Source of the DNA: Dehalococcoidia bacterium
GTDB lineage: Bacteria; Chloroflexota; Dehalococcoidia; Lucifugimonadales; VXLM01
Direction: 5' to 3'
Length of the DNA: 64,000 nt
Assembly: GCA_963662435.1 (NCBI GenBank)
Contig: OY759598.1
Location: 1,520,507-1,584,506, forward strand
Positions 1 to 9,875 of the stretch are shown in pieces. The position numbers were made by a program, and so were the translations under genes. Each line of letters opens with the position of its first letter. The stretch's first letter is position 1. The notes beneath the pieces are model-generated. The model was not told the origin of the DNA. It made no database searches and was given only the letters and a program-made list of their open reading frames with translations.

Positions 1-360
1 GCCGTGCCACAGCTCATGCAAGCCGTCGTAGCCGAATCCCATCAGGTCGAAGGGGATGCCCCGCCTCAGCCATGACCACGGGGGATCGTCCCCTTCCTCC
101 GTCCAGAATTCGATCACCGGTGCGTAGAGGGGGAAGTGCCGCTCCCCGAAGAGATTGGCGAACCGTTCCACCCTCCTGCGTGTGTCGGGGGCGGCCAGCA
201 CCGTCTCCGCCTCATCGGGAAAGAGGCGGCGCACCAGCCCCGCGAACCATGCGTAGTCGTCGGCGTATCCGATGAGCGTTATCAGCTCCCGCAGCGACGG
301 CGGACGCCGCAGAAGTTTTTTCGCAAGACCGCTCAGGCTCGCCGGGGCCGCAGCTTCCAT
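1..360 (-). CDS. Hypothetical protein, 3' end runs off the window (MEAAAPASLSGLAKKLLRRPPSLRELITLIGY...); possibly part of a PRTRC/ubiquitin-like cluster
   Basis: Translated by hand: ATG at 360, open for 120 codons to the edge, overlapping the end of 333..563. Not in the ORF track. Confidence 0.6.
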   Translation of the reverse strand, partial: MEAAAPASLSGLAKKLLRRPPSLRELITLIGYADDYAWFAGLVRRLFPDEAETVLAAPDTRRRVERFANLFGERHFPLYAPVIEFWTEEGDDPPWSWLRRGIPFDLMGFGYDGLHELWHG

Positions 361-563
361 CGCATCGCCTCAAGCAGCCGCCCGGTGGACGACGCGTAGT
401 CCTGCGCCTGGGCGCAGGCCATCTCCACCTCCTTCTGCCGGGCGGCCGCGGCGTCCAGATCGAGGGCGCCGTCGGGCCGTGTGAGCTCCGCCGTGAGCTC
501 GATTATCTTGAGGTCCGTCGGCGGGGTGGCCGCCAGCAGACCTGCGAAAGTCCGGTTGTCCAT
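333..563 (-). CDS. Hypothetical protein (76 aa)
   Basis: RBS GAGGAGG upstream; in series with neighbouring genes. Confidence 0.6.
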   Translation of the reverse strand: MDNRTFAGLLAATPPTDLKIIELTAELTRPDGALDLDAAAARQKEVEMACAQAQDYASSTGRLLEAMRWKLRPRRA

Positions 564-576
564 CGGATTCCCTCCT

Positions 577-783
577 CTAGCTCCGGGTGAGGGTGAAGGC
601 CCCCTTGGTGCCCACCCGCCGCTGGAACTCGTAGACGGTGTCGTCGCCGCGCTTGGTCTCCTTCACCGAGGCGTTGGCGATCTCGCCGTAGAAGTCCGCC
701 AAGGTCGCCTTCACCTGGTCGACGCTCATCTCGGGGTCGGGGTCCGGGAACTCTCTGTCGTCGTAGACAAACACGCGTGCCAT
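577..783 (-). CDS. Prokaryotic ubiquitin-like protein (PRTRC system protein C type)
   Basis: RVFVY..PDPDP.MS..QV....A.FY.EI.NA...YEF..RVGTKG signature; RBS AAAGGAG. Confidence 0.8.
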   Translation of the reverse strand: MARVFVYDDREFPDPDPEMSVDQVKATLADFYGEIANASVKETKRGDDTVYEFQRRVGTKGAFTLTRS

Positions 784-879
784 GGTTGGTCTCCTTTCAG
801 GTCACTGATGCTTGTATCGGTTGCTATCTGCGGGGAGGCCGCCGCTCCGTTGGCGACGGCCTCTCCCGTGAACTGCGGT

Positions 880-3237
880 CTAGCGTCCCGCGCCGACCGG
901 CTCCTTCTCCCGCGCCTGCTCCATCGCCCACTCGAACATCGAGAGGCTTGCGGGCCGGGGCTTCCCGCCCCGGCGCTTCGGCTTCGCGAGCTCCTCGGCC
1001 ATGAACTCCGCCCAGGAGAACAGCGATCCGCCACTGGCGGACTGCTCCTGGGCCTCGTCGTGGTGGCCGTTTCCATTGCCGTTAGCGTGGCGGCCACTGA
1101 CCAGAGCCAACTCGACCGTCGGCCCGATGACGTCGAACCCGTGGTCGTTGGCGCTGTGCCCGTTCCCGTTGACCGGGACAGCCTCAGCTTCCGGTTCCAC
1201 CGGCTTCCAGCCGTCGTCCACGAGAAGCTCCTCGGCCTCGCCCTCGGCATTCCGCGCCTGGGCGAAGGCCTGCTCCACCGTCTCGGCCTCGTCCTCCTCC
1301 TCGCCGTTTACGATCTTGCGGGCCAGGGCCATCATCATGTCGTCCCCGTCGTCGCCGAATGCGGCCAGCCCGTCCTCCGGCAGCTCGCCCTCGACGGCGA
1401 GGGAGCTCTGCATCTTCTTCGCCACCAGCTTCAGGGCGTCAGCCTGCAGCGTGTTCCGGTAGGCCATGTAGACCACCTTGACCGGGCGGGTCTGCCCGAT
1501 GCGCCACGACCGGCGCGAAGCCTGCCTCGACACATACACGCTGTAATCCGTCTCGAACCAGCAAAGTGTCGGGAAGTCGATCAGGTCGAGGCCGGTCTGC
1601 ACCAGCCGGGGGTGGCTTATCAGTACGTCCACTCCCTCGCTGACCCTGTCGGCAACCCACTTCTCCCTGCGGTCCGGGGCCACGGCGTCGGCCTTCATCA
1701 CCGCCACCCTGAACCCGTGCCGGGTGAGGATGTCCTCCATCCGCCCGGTGATGTCCCGCGTGCCCGTGTGGGTCGCGTAGACCAGCACTCGCCTTCCCTC
1801 CAGCCGCTCGGCGGCCACCAGGTCGACCAGCGCCTTCTCCTTGGGGTAGAGCCGCTCCTCGGACAGGGGCGGCACCGAGACGATGACGTCGCCGCTACGG
1901 GGGTCGAAGACCGTCTCCCCCTTCGTGCACCCTTCGGGGTAGGCCAATAGTGTCTGAAGGTACGTCGCCAGCAGCCTCTTCGAGCCCGCTTTCAGCGCGT
2001 TCGCCAGCTCCTTCCGAAACTCCTCGAACACGGTGTTGTAGGCCGTGCGCTGGGAGTACCCCGTCGAGTCCTCCTCCGTGTCCATCCCGGACAGGAGTAT
2101 CTGCTCCTCGTACTCCGGCAGCCCCGAGGCCACGTCGGACAGCCGCAAGAACACCGTGTTGGCGATGATGTGGAAGAGGGCGCTGGGTACGAGTCCCGGC
2201 CTCTCCCTGACCACCTTGCGGTACTTGCGGCGGCGACTGTTGCGCCCGTCCTCGATGGCGTCGTCGTCCGGCCTTCCGATGGTGACCTCCTCGAAGCCGT
2301 ACCGCTTGATCCAGCGGCCCTCATCGGAGCGTCCGAACTCCGTCCTGATCTCCGGCGAGAACCTGTACAGCAGATGGAACAGCGTCGAGGCGTACCCGCC
2401 CATGAGCGTTCCGCTCAGGCTCAGGGACTTGCCGCAGGCGTCTGCGAGGACTCCGGCGGCGATGCCCTGGGCCGATCCTCTCCCCTTGTACTCGTGGACC
2501 TCGTCAGCCAGCAGCAGATCGAAGAAGCCCTTCATCCTGTGCTTCACGTAGTCGGCCAGCGGGTAGCGGGCGGGGCCGGAGTTGTCGGCCTGCCAGAGGG
2601 GTGATCCGCACTCGACACACTTGCGCTTCCGGCGGTTCAGTGCGGCGTCGGTGAGGGGCACGCCGTCCTTGTCCGTGACCTGCGCCGTGCAGTCGGTGCA
2701 GCAGGGCACGCGGAACGGTTCCCCCGTCTTCTCCATCCTGATGAGCCTCCCATTCGACGTCGCCCACCTGTACGTGACGGCGGCCTTCCAGCGGTAGGAG
2801 AGCTTCGCCCGCTCCCTGCTCATCACCGCGAACAGCGGGCCGGAGCCCACCGAGTGGCGCAGCCTCTCCAGGTCGGTGATGGACTTGACGATGACGGCGC
2901 GGGCGCCGGGCACCGTCATCTCCACCTCCCGTTTCCACTTGGGAACCAGGTGCGGCGGCCCCAGCACCAAGATGCGCTTGAAGCCCGCCATGTGCGCCGC
3001 CGCCGCGCCAATGAACGTCTTTCCGGTGCCCATCTCGCCGACGACGGTGGTGCCCCGGTGGGCCTTCAGCGAGAGGGCTGCGCCCTTGATGGCGTCGGCC
3101 TGCGCCCCCAGGGGCGTGCGGAGCAGGCGGGGCAGGATGCCGCCGTTCTCCGAGGGGCGGTAGAGCGGCGGGTAGGACTCAACCACCCGACGCGCTATCG
3201 CCTCCTTGAACGTGTCTATGAACTCTCCGAGGTTCAT
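880..3237 (-). CDS. SF2 (SNF2-like) helicase with Zn-finger insertion
   Basis: Walker A GEMGTGKT, DEVH, LSGT, QASRRSWRIGQ; CxxC...CxxC insert. Start placed at MNLGEF after RBS AAAGGAG. Confidence 0.88.
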   Translation of the reverse strand: MNLGEFIDTFKEAIARRVVESYPPLYRPSENGGILPRLLRTPLGAQADAIKGAALSLKAHRGTTVVGEMGTGKTFIGAAAAHMAGFKRILVLGPPHLVPKWKREVEMTVPGARAVIVKSITDLERLRHSVGSGPLFAVMSRERAKLSYRWKAAVTYRWATSNGRLIRMEKTGEPFRVPCCTDCTAQVTDKDGVPLTDAALNRRKRKCVECGSPLWQADNSGPARYPLADYVKHRMKGFFDLLLADEVHEYKGRGSAQGIAAGVLADACGKSLSLSGTLMGGYASTLFHLLYRFSPEIRTEFGRSDEGRWIKRYGFEEVTIGRPDDDAIEDGRNSRRRKYRKVVRERPGLVPSALFHIIANTVFLRLSDVASGLPEYEEQILLSGMDTEEDSTGYSQRTAYNTVFEEFRKELANALKAGSKRLLATYLQTLLAYPEGCTKGETVFDPRSGDVIVSVPPLSEERLYPKEKALVDLVAAERLEGRRVLVYATHTGTRDITGRMEDILTRHGFRVAVMKADAVAPDRREKWVADRVSEGVDVLISHPRLVQTGLDLIDFPTLCWFETDYSVYVSRQASRRSWRIGQTRPVKVVYMAYRNTLQADALKLVAKKMQSSLAVEGELPEDGLAAFGDDGDDMMMALARKIVNGEEEDEAETVEQAFAQARNAEGEAEELLVDDGWKPVEPEAEAVPVNGNGHSANDHGFDVIGPTVELALVSGRHANGNGNGHHDEAQEQSASGGSLFSWAEFMAEELAKPKRRGGKPRPASLSMFEWAMEQAREKEPVGAGR

Positions 3238-3510
3238 GGATGTCTCCTTTCGTGAGGACATCCACGGAATCCCGAAAGCACCCATTTCCTGGCCAGGTCG
3301 CATGAGCGGTCCTGGAGCAAGGCGCACCTCGCCCACTTCGCCCCAGGGGGTGAGTGGTCTTGAGGGCGCCCCACAGGGCGGGGTGCATGGGAGCGCCGTG
3401 GAGCGCCCTCTCTCGTGCTATGCGGTTTCGGGGCAGTGTTGCACTGCCTGGTTTGCGCTGTGCGAGGCCCCACGGCAGCGGGCCCCGTGATCCGGCTCTG
3501 TGTGATCCGT

Positions 3511-3738
3511 CTATGCGGCTTTCAGGGAGGCCCTGAGAGCGTCGATCTCGGCGCGCTCCCTGCGACGGTGCTCCTCGTAGCACTGTCCCCGCAGGTGGTA
3601 CGCCTTCACTGGGGAGGACACGATTCTGCCGTAGTCGTCGATGTCCACCGATGCCGTCTGCATGGCGGGCTCGCCGGGTGCTATCGGCTGACCGCACCGG
3701 CAGCAGGTTTCAAGGACCATGAAGGTCTGAGTCTCCAT
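3511..3738 (-). CDS. Small Cys/His-containing hypothetical protein
   Basis: CCRC...H..C; RBS AGGAG. Confidence 0.6.
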   Translation of the reverse strand: METQTFMVLETCCRCGQPIAPGEPAMQTASVDIDDYGRIVSSPVKAYHLRGQCYEEHRRRERAEIDALRASLKAA

Positions 3739-3793
3739 CTTCCTTCTCCTTCCTGTGTATGAGCGTCCGTGTCTGCGGCTCCGGGCGAGCCGT

Positions 3794-4843
3794 CTACGCC
3801 GCGATGTCAGTGATCTCCCCGACCTCCAGATCCAGGGCCACGACGGTGGTCTTGAGCCTCTCGCGGTGGACTTCCTTCTCGGGAGAGTCCTCCACCAGCT
3901 CCATCTCCTTGCTGGTGCGCCCCTTGACCAGGATGCGCCGCCCGTCCCCTTCGAGGACGAGGTTGTCGAGGAACCCCGCCGCCACCAGCATCGCCAGATG
4001 GCCCCGCCTCAGGGGCATCAGCGGTCGGGTGCGGTTGTCCGTCGCGGGCCAGAGGGTGTCGGTGATCTCCGTGTTCGCCCACAGCCCCGACCGCCTGGCC
4101 TCGGTCGCCGCGGCGACGGGATCGACCGTGCGGCTGGTGAACAGGATGTCCCCGCTCGGCGTGGTGGCCGGGGTGTACTCCCCGTAGGAGTAGGAGTCTC
4201 GCCGGGAGTGAAGGGGCTCCGGCTCTTCGTACGCCCACTCCATCACCATGCTCTCGGCTTGGGCGTCGGGCACGGGGTCCTTCTTCCTGTAGCCGAACAA
4301 GACTACCTGGTCGAAGACCTCCCGCTCTGGGACCGGGAACGCCCAGCACCGCATCCGCCCGTAGTGGGTCGACAGGTAGCGGGCCGAAACCGCCAGGCGC
4401 TGGCGCGGGACGATGAAGACCAGCAGGCCGCCCTCGGCCAGGTAGCGCGTCGTGTGCGTCAGGAAGGCGTGTTCGACCCGCTTGTCCTCCGAGTCCCAAT
4501 CATACGGAGGATTGAGAAGCAGCAGGCCGAAGGCCCCGTTCGCTATGGAGGTGCTGAAGAGGTCCACCGCGAGGGTGCGGTCGAGCCGCCTCTCGGCCTC
4601 CTCCGCACGGTCTCGATGAAGCTCGACGCCGTAGGTCTCGAGCGATATGGCCTCGGGCCTGTCGAGGCGCTCGGCCAGCCTCTGGAGCGCGTCCCCGGCC
4701 CCGCAGCAGGGGTCGAGGATGCGCAGCGTCTCCCGCTCCCTGTAGTAGTAGCCGGTTGGGGTGTGAATCAGGTCGGCGATCAGGTCCACCACCCGGTCGG
4801 GCGTCGGGTAGTACCCGCCCTTGCTCTGTGCAGCCAGTCTCAT
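3794..4843 (-). CDS. SAM-dependent N6-adenine-type DNA methyltransferase (DUF6094-like, ICE-associated)
   Basis: GYYPTP, ILDPCCGAG (motif I), LLNPPY (motif IV). Confidence 0.87.
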   Translation of the reverse strand: MRLAAQSKGGYYPTPDRVVDLIADLIHTPTGYYYRERETLRILDPCCGAGDALQRLAERLDRPEAISLETYGVELHRDRAEEAERRLDRTLAVDLFSTSIANGAFGLLLLNPPYDWDSEDKRVEHAFLTHTTRYLAEGGLLVFIVPRQRLAVSARYLSTHYGRMRCWAFPVPEREVFDQVVLFGYRKKDPVPDAQAESMVMEWAYEEPEPLHSRRDSYSYGEYTPATTPSGDILFTSRTVDPVAAATEARRSGLWANTEITDTLWPATDNRTRPLMPLRRGHLAMLVAAGFLDNLVLEGDGRRILVKGRTSKEMELVEDSPEKEVHRERLKTTVVALDLEVGEITDIAA

Positions 4844-5100
4844 GGCGTCTCTCCTTTCTGTGTGTCTTCGGTCGTGTTCGGCCCGAACCGGCAGGGTTCG
4901 GGCTGGCAGAAGTGGCAGTCCCTCCTCGCCCTGGGAGGCGGCACGTAGTCCTCGACCGTCACCGCCTGCAGGATGATCTGGATGCCGCAGTTGCCGCAGT
5001 GGTAGACCTCTCCGGTGTGGATGTCCCTGTCGGGCTCCTCAACCTGCGCGAACCGCTCCTCGCAGTGCGGGCAGGTGAAGAAGAGCGTCTGTTCCGTCAT
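4840..5100 (-). CDS. Small Zn-ribbon protein
   Basis: CPHC, CGNC and CHFC motifs; ATGA overlap with the MTase. Confidence 0.65.
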   Translation of the reverse strand: MTEQTLFFTCPHCEERFAQVEEPDRDIHTGEVYHCGNCGIQIILQAVTVEDYVPPPRARRDCHFCQPEPCRFGPNTTEDTQKGETP

Positions 5101-5123
5101 GGTTCGTCTCCTTCCCGCCGCGT

Positions 5124-5531
5124 TCAGGCGGCGATTGCGATATCGTTGTTATCGGCCTTGAGCCCGACCACCTCTCCTATTGCAAGGTTGCGCTGGTAGC
5201 AGAGCACCTGGTCAGTGCCCATATTCTCGGCGCAGGACGTGCAGTAGGCGGTTATCAGCTCGGCCCTGTTGGCCACGGTCATCCGCCGCACCAGCAGAGA
5301 GCCGCCGTCCGGCAAGTTGTGCCGGTAGAGCATGAGGTGGGGGTCGCGCCTCTCCCGCTCAGTCGCCGGGCGAAAGAAGTGCGGCTGCCCCGAACTCATG
5401 AGATGCTCGGTGTTGTCGTGGGGGCAGAACCGGCAGGTCTTCCCGTCCGGGGAGAGGCGCTGCCAGGCGGCGTAGTTGCGCCGGCCTCGCCGCTTGTTGT
5501 TGCGCTTGGCCCGCTTCAGCGTCCTATCCAT
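5124..5531 (-). CDS. Hypothetical protein with CxxC pairs
   Basis: CRFC, CTSC; overlaps the end of the upstream gene. Confidence 0.6.
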   Translation of the reverse strand: MDRTLKRAKRNNKRRGRRNYAAWQRLSPDGKTCRFCPHDNTEHLMSSGQPHFFRPATERERRDPHLMLYRHNLPDGGSLLVRRMTVANRAELITAYCTSCAENMGTDQVLCYQRNLAIGEVVGLKADNNDIAIAA

Positions 5532-6174
5532 CGGACGCCTCTCCGGGCAGTGTGAGCCCGCCCGACGCAACGGCGTGGGACAGGTCTTCGCGGAGCTTCT
5601 TGGCCTTGGGGGAGCACCGGTAGGCGGAGATGCCCACCGACTGCAGCGGGACTATCTCCTCCTCTTCTAGGCCCCGCTCCCAGAGCCATCCGGCCCAGGA
5701 GTCGTGGAGCGGCAGAGGACTGCGCTTGTCGAGGAAGCGATGGTGCAGATCGGGAGCATCCTCCTCGCTCTGCACCAGCAGGAGGAACGAGTCCTTCTCA
5801 AAGCCGAACTCGGCCTGTTTGGTAAACACGAGCGCGTGCCATCCGCCGGACACGGGCAGCCGGGCGATCTTCGTCGTCCAGCTCCCAACCGTTTCGTACG
5901 GAACCACGCACCTCTGGTAGCCGCCGCTCAGGGGCACACCCTCCGCGCCCTCGATGATGTGTGCCGTGTCGGGCGGCTGCTTGAGCAGCGAGGCCCAGAT
6001 CGCCTTGAGCGCGGTCTGGGAGCCTACCATCGAGACGAACCAGAGGCCGTCGGTCTGCTCGTCGCGGGCGAAGGCATCCACGGTGGCCGAAAATCCTCCC
6101 GCCGAGATGGTGTAGAGAACCAGCCCCGCACTCGATGCGGGGTCATCGGGATCTATGGTGTGTGTCGCGAGCAT
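5524..6174 (-). CDS. Hypothetical protein (ICE leading-region type)
   Basis: 216-aa ORF with RBS AAGGAG, in the operon. Confidence 0.7.
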   Translation of the reverse strand: MLATHTIDPDDPASSAGLVLYTISAGGFSATVDAFARDEQTDGLWFVSMVGSQTALKAIWASLLKQPPDTAHIIEGAEGVPLSGGYQRCVVPYETVGSWTTKIARLPVSGGWHALVFTKQAEFGFEKDSFLLLVQSEEDAPDLHHRFLDKRSPLPLHDSWAGWLWERGLEEEEIVPLQSVGISAYRCSPKAKKLREDLSHAVASGGLTLPGEASDG

Positions 6175-6267
6175 GGTGAATCTCCTTGTCTTCGGTGTGT
6201 TCGATGCGCGGCAGGAGCGACTCCCTCGCGTGGAGCCCCTGGTAGGGGTCGATGCATCTCCTCTGCA

Positions 6268-6597
6268 CTAGCGCGCGTCCTCCTGCGGCCGGTCGTCCAG
6301 AAGCTCGCAGTCGTTCACGTGGTAGGCGGACCCGCAAAAGCGGCGCTCCGCCAGGGACTGCCTGGCCTCTTCGAGCGTGTCGCCCTCCAGCGCCCACACG
6401 GTGGCCCAGGTCTCCCGGCACGTTCTCAGGTGGGCCTCCACGTCCTCCGGAGGGCCGCCGTAGGCGGTGCAGGCGTACGGGTCCGGATCCCTGTCGACCA
6501 GGACGACGAACGCGCCTTGCATTACGAACCCGGCCCCCGGAATCTTCCACTTAATCTCCGCATTCCGAATGTCTCCGCGTGTCTCTCGCTCGTTCAT
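6268..6597 (-). CDS. Hypothetical protein
   Basis: RBS GAGAGG; same strand as the operon. Confidence 0.55.
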   Translation of the reverse strand: MNERETRGDIRNAEIKWKIPGAGFVMQGAFVVLVDRDPDPYACTAYGGPPEDVEAHLRTCRETWATVWALEGDTLEEARQSLAERRFCGSAYHVNDCELLDDRPQEDAR

Positions 6598-6668
6598 TGC
6601 GTCCTCTCTTCCGTACGCCCGGATGCGGCGCAGCAGACGGGCTGCGCGCCGCGTGCAGGAGGTGGTTT

Positions 6669-7202
6669 CTAGCCCGTCATCAGACCTCGGTCCTTGAGGC
6701 TGACGTGCCGTTTCATTCCGATCACCACGTGGTCGAGGAGCTCGATGTCCAGCAGTTCCGCCGCCTGCCTGAGCTTCCGCGTGATCTGCACGTCGTTGGG
6801 GCTGGGGTCGGGATCACCGGACGGGTGGTTGTGAACCACGATGACGCCGGGCACGGCCTCGACGACGGCGGGCCTGAGCACCTCCGCCGCGCGAACCATC
6901 GACGAAGACACGTTGCCCTGGTATATGACCCGCTGACCCACCACGCTGTTCTTGCTGTCGAGCAGCAACACTCGCAACTGCTCTTGGGCCAGCACGGACA
7001 TCTCCGGCCCCAGCAGGCGGTAAACGTCGTACGGGGAACTGATGGACGGCGGGTCTTCCGGGCCATCGGGCCTGATGGAGACCTCGTAGCGCGCCGCCAA
7101 CTCTCCCAGCAGGCTCTGGTTGCTTCGCAGTGCGTCCAGAACGGCCTGTCCTTCAGGGCTGGCGGCGAGGGTTGCCTTGGGGGACTTCTTCTTCCTTGTC
7201 AT
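6669..7202 (-). CDS. radC: RadC/JAB (UPF0758) family protein
   Basis: QEQLRVLLLD, HNHPSGDPDPSPND, LLDHVVIG. Confidence 0.88.
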   Translation of the reverse strand: MTRKKKSPKATLAASPEGQAVLDALRSNQSLLGELAARYEVSIRPDGPEDPPSISSPYDVYRLLGPEMSVLAQEQLRVLLLDSKNSVVGQRVIYQGNVSSSMVRAAEVLRPAVVEAVPGVIVVHNHPSGDPDPSPNDVQITRKLRQAAELLDIELLDHVVIGMKRHVSLKDRGLMTG

Positions 7203-7320
7203 GTCGGCCTCCTTATTTTCGTTGGTACATAGAGCGGGGCCGTCCCCTGTAGATGGGAAGCGGCCCCGTAGTTGCGCCCGGCTGAGTCGGGCGTCGATGT
7301 TCGGTTGTTAGTTGTGCGAG

Positions 7321-7695
7321 CTAGAAGGGCGAGTCCTCCTCGCCGTTGTGGCTCCCGCCGTTCCCGTTTCCGTTCGAGGAGTCGAGGAACACGACCTCGG
7401 AGGCGTGGACCTCGGTGCGGTGGCGGCGCTGGCCGTCGTCTCCGTCCCAGGAGTTCTGTACGAGGCGGCCTGCGACGTAGATTCTCTGACCCTTCGCGAC
7501 GTACTGGTTCACGGCCTCCGCCGTCGCACCCCAAACTACGAGATTATGCCAATCCGTCCCATTCTCGGCGTCCTTGCGGTAGCGGTCAGTCGCCATCCGC
7601 AGCTTGGTGACGGCGGTGCCGTTCGGCGTATAGCTCATCTCCGGCTCCGTGCCCACTCTGCCCAAAAGCTCGACTTTGTTGATCGTCCTTGCCAT
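7321..7695 (-). CDS. ssb: Single-stranded DNA-binding protein
   Basis: INKVELLGRVG, TDWHNLVVW, acidic tail EEDSPF. Confidence 0.95.
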   Translation of the reverse strand: MARTINKVELLGRVGTEPEMSYTPNGTAVTKLRMATDRYRKDAENGTDWHNLVVWGATAEAVNQYVAKGQRIYVAGRLVQNSWDGDDGQRRHRTEVHASEVVFLDSSNGNGNGGSHNGEEDSPF

Positions 7696-7854
7696 TTCGA
7701 TTTCTCCTCCTGTGTGAAGTGGCGCGGTCAGACCGCGCCCGGTTGAATGAAGCTTGTCCCGTACTCCGATACGGGAGCGGGGGTTCCTCCCTGTAGAAGA
7801 AAGGCAGCCCCGTCCTGCGCTCCGACTTACGGAGCGTCCAGAATGCCGCCGGTC

Positions 7855-8238
7855 TCAACGCGACCGTCTCCTGATCTCGCCGATGGTCTTCGGCTCCCAG
7901 TACAGGTCGCGCTCCACGGCGGGGACGCCGACGAACACGGTCGCCTCCGCCAGCTCGTCGAGCGAGAAGTAGCCAAGCTCGGTCTCGAACCCCTGGACGA
8001 GGCCGAAGCATTCGCCGGTCTCGGCGTCCCATTCGGTCACGTACCAGGTCCAGTTGCCGTAGGGCGAGAAAAGCTTTACGGAGGCGAGCACGTCGTCGTA
8101 GTTCTCGACGTTCTCGTTGGCGTAGAGGGCGGGGATCTTCTCACCCAGCTCCTTCGTCATCAGCTTGTGCCCGCGGGGGCCGCTGTGCTTGTCCTGCCAC
8201 ATCGTCGTGACCGTGGCGGTCCCAGTTGTGGTGGTCAT
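7855..8238 (-). CDS. DUF2958-like protein
   Basis: KLFSPYGNWTWYVTE...FGLVQGFETELGYFSLDEL...ERDLYW pattern. Confidence 0.75.
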   Translation of the reverse strand: MTTTTGTATVTTMWQDKHSGPRGHKLMTKELGEKIPALYANENVENYDDVLASVKLFSPYGNWTWYVTEWDAETGECFGLVQGFETELGYFSLDELAEATVFVGVPAVERDLYWEPKTIGEIRRRSR

Positions 8239-8330
8239 GGTGTCTCCTTTCATGTGGGGCGTGTTGGGACTCGGCGGGGCCGTCCCGGTAGATGGGAACA
8301 GGCCCCGTCCCGCGCTCCGCCAGGGAGCGT

Positions 8331-9434
8331 CTAGCTGACCCGCACGTACTCCGACTCGCTCTCGGTGACTATCCCGGCCCTGGTCTCAGGGTCGAGCAGT
8401 TCGTTGAGCTTGCGGTAGTTGACGGAGTACCGCTTCGATTGCACGAGGCTGACCGTGCGCCCGTCGACGGTCGCCTTCGCGTCCCCCCGCTGGCGCATCC
8501 ACGCCTTCAGGGATTTGAGCGCCTCGCGCTTGGCCTTTTCGGGCTCCCTGATCGCGTCCTGAACCTCCGTGTAGGCCGACACCGCGTCGCGCGCCTCCTC
8601 GTCGCTCACGTCTTCGCATTCCATCTCCGTCTCTCTGTCCGCCTCCTCCATCCCCGGCAGACAGATGTCGAGGAAGGGGCACGACCGGCACTGCCAGGAA
8701 CTGGCAGAGAAGTCTCGCTCAGGCAGCACGTCGGGGTCGGGCCCGTTCAGGACGTGGTGGGCAGCCAATTTGCCCAGCCATGCGCAGGCGTCCTGCAAGG
8801 CCCATTCCAATCGGGCGGCTGGAATAACTTCCCAGTCCCAGGTTCGGCTGCCGGTGTCCATCGTGGCGATCACGGCGTCCCGCATCTGCCCGAACTGGCC
8901 GAGGGTGTAGAAGGCTGCCTGGGCCACCGACGCCGGGTGGCTGCGCTCGGCCCCAAGCGTCCGCCAGCGCTTGAACGCCTCCGGCCCCCGGGTCTTGATC
9001 TCGACGGTCATTTCCTTGCCGTAGGAAAGCGAGTCGGACTCGCCCTCGAAGAGGAACATCTGGAGCGTGTCAGTCTCCGTATTGTCGCCGTCGTGGGGCA
9101 TCCGGACCGTGCCGTCGGGGTGACCGGTGACCATCATGTTCGGGCCTACCCTCACAGCCACCGGCTGCGGGTTGAGGGGATCGGCGGGATCTACCTTCCA
9201 GTCCGCCCGTTCCATCGCCTTCACCATCACCGGCTCAAGGGCGTTGCCCGCCTCCATCGCCGTCAGCGAATCCTCGCTGGGGGGATTCGTAGGTTCGTAT
9301 TCGGTTGCGGCATACCAGAGGGCTCGGCGGCAGTTCAGGGCCGCCGAGGCACGCACCTCCAGGTTGCCGTCGTCGCCGAATCGTGCCGCAGGGCGCGAGA
9401 ATGCCTCCGCCCTGTCTTCAGTCTTAGTTGCCAT
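8331..9434 (-). CDS. Cas4/RecB-like PD-(D/E)xK nuclease with probable Fe-S cysteines
   Basis: N-terminal C (NCRR), GHPDG, EIKT, QAAFY, CRSCPFLDIC. Confidence 0.78.
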   Translation of the reverse strand: MATKTEDRAEAFSRPAARFGDDGNLEVRASAALNCRRALWYAATEYEPTNPPSEDSLTAMEAGNALEPVMVKAMERADWKVDPADPLNPQPVAVRVGPNMMVTGHPDGTVRMPHDGDNTETDTLQMFLFEGESDSLSYGKEMTVEIKTRGPEAFKRWRTLGAERSHPASVAQAAFYTLGQFGQMRDAVIATMDTGSRTWDWEVIPAARLEWALQDACAWLGKLAAHHVLNGPDPDVLPERDFSASSWQCRSCPFLDICLPGMEEADRETEMECEDVSDEEARDAVSAYTEVQDAIREPEKAKREALKSLKAWMRQRGDAKATVDGRTVSLVQSKRYSVNYRKLNELLDPETRAGIVTESESEYVRVS

Positions 9435-9482
9435 CGTCTGTGCCTCCTGATGTCCAGTAGATGAGAGGTCGTCCGGCGCCGC

Positions 9483-9875
9483 TCACGCGGCCTTCGTCTC
9501 GACCTCCTTCACCCGCTCTCCGGCCCTCTTGTGAGCCCTGAGGATGTGGGCTATCCCGTCGCCGAGTCCCAGGACGGGGACGCTCGACCCGTCCGGGAGG
9601 ACGTTGAAGAACGGCTGCATCTCGGCTATCCCCTGGCACTGTTCGATCACCTCCTCCACCGGAGTTCCTCTCCGAAGGTGGAGGGAGATCAGGCGACAGG
9701 CCAGTTCGGTGACTCCATGCTGGAAACTTCCGCCTTTGCCGAGCCATCCAAAGACCTCAAACGGCTCGCCGTCCTCATCCGTCGAGACGGTGATGAACAG
9801 GCTCCCCATCTCCGTCTGGAGCTTGGTCGTCGTGCTGGGAAGGCTGCGCGGCCTGTCCCGTGTCATCGCGGTCAT
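9483..9875 (-). CDS. Stand-alone TSCPD-domain protein (similar to the NrdJ C-terminal domain)
   Basis: RDRPRSL..TT.KLQT..G.LFITV...DGEPFEVF..LGKGG...RLISL.LR.G; ATGA overlap with the upstream gene. Confidence 0.75.
   Translation of the reverse strand: MTAMTRDRPRSLPSTTTKLQTEMGSLFITVSTDEDGEPFEVFGWLGKGGSFQHGVTELACRLISLHLRRGTPVEEVIEQCQGIAEMQPFFNVLPDGSSVPVLGLGDGIAHILRAHKRAGERVKEVETKAA

Larger units (their letters stand above)
7234..8308. repeat. Dispersed intergenic hairpin repeat (copies at 7234-7269, 7777-7813, 8274-8308)
   Basis: GCGGGGCCGTCCC-(CT/G)GTAGAT-GGGAA-NN-GGCCCCGT; two near-identical copies and one degenerate copy. Confidence 0.75.

Noticed and set aside
3405..3490. Possible c-di-GMP-I riboswitch upstream of the helicase (minus strand GCACAGCGCAAACCA plus hairpin)
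   Set aside because: The downstream GACGCAAAG/P2 consensus is absent. It may be structured but cannot be assigned without an Infernal search.
8331..9434. Cas4-like nuclease as part of the CRISPR system
   Set aside because: It lies ~29 kb from cas1 in a recombination operon, and type I-E adaptation does not use Cas4.
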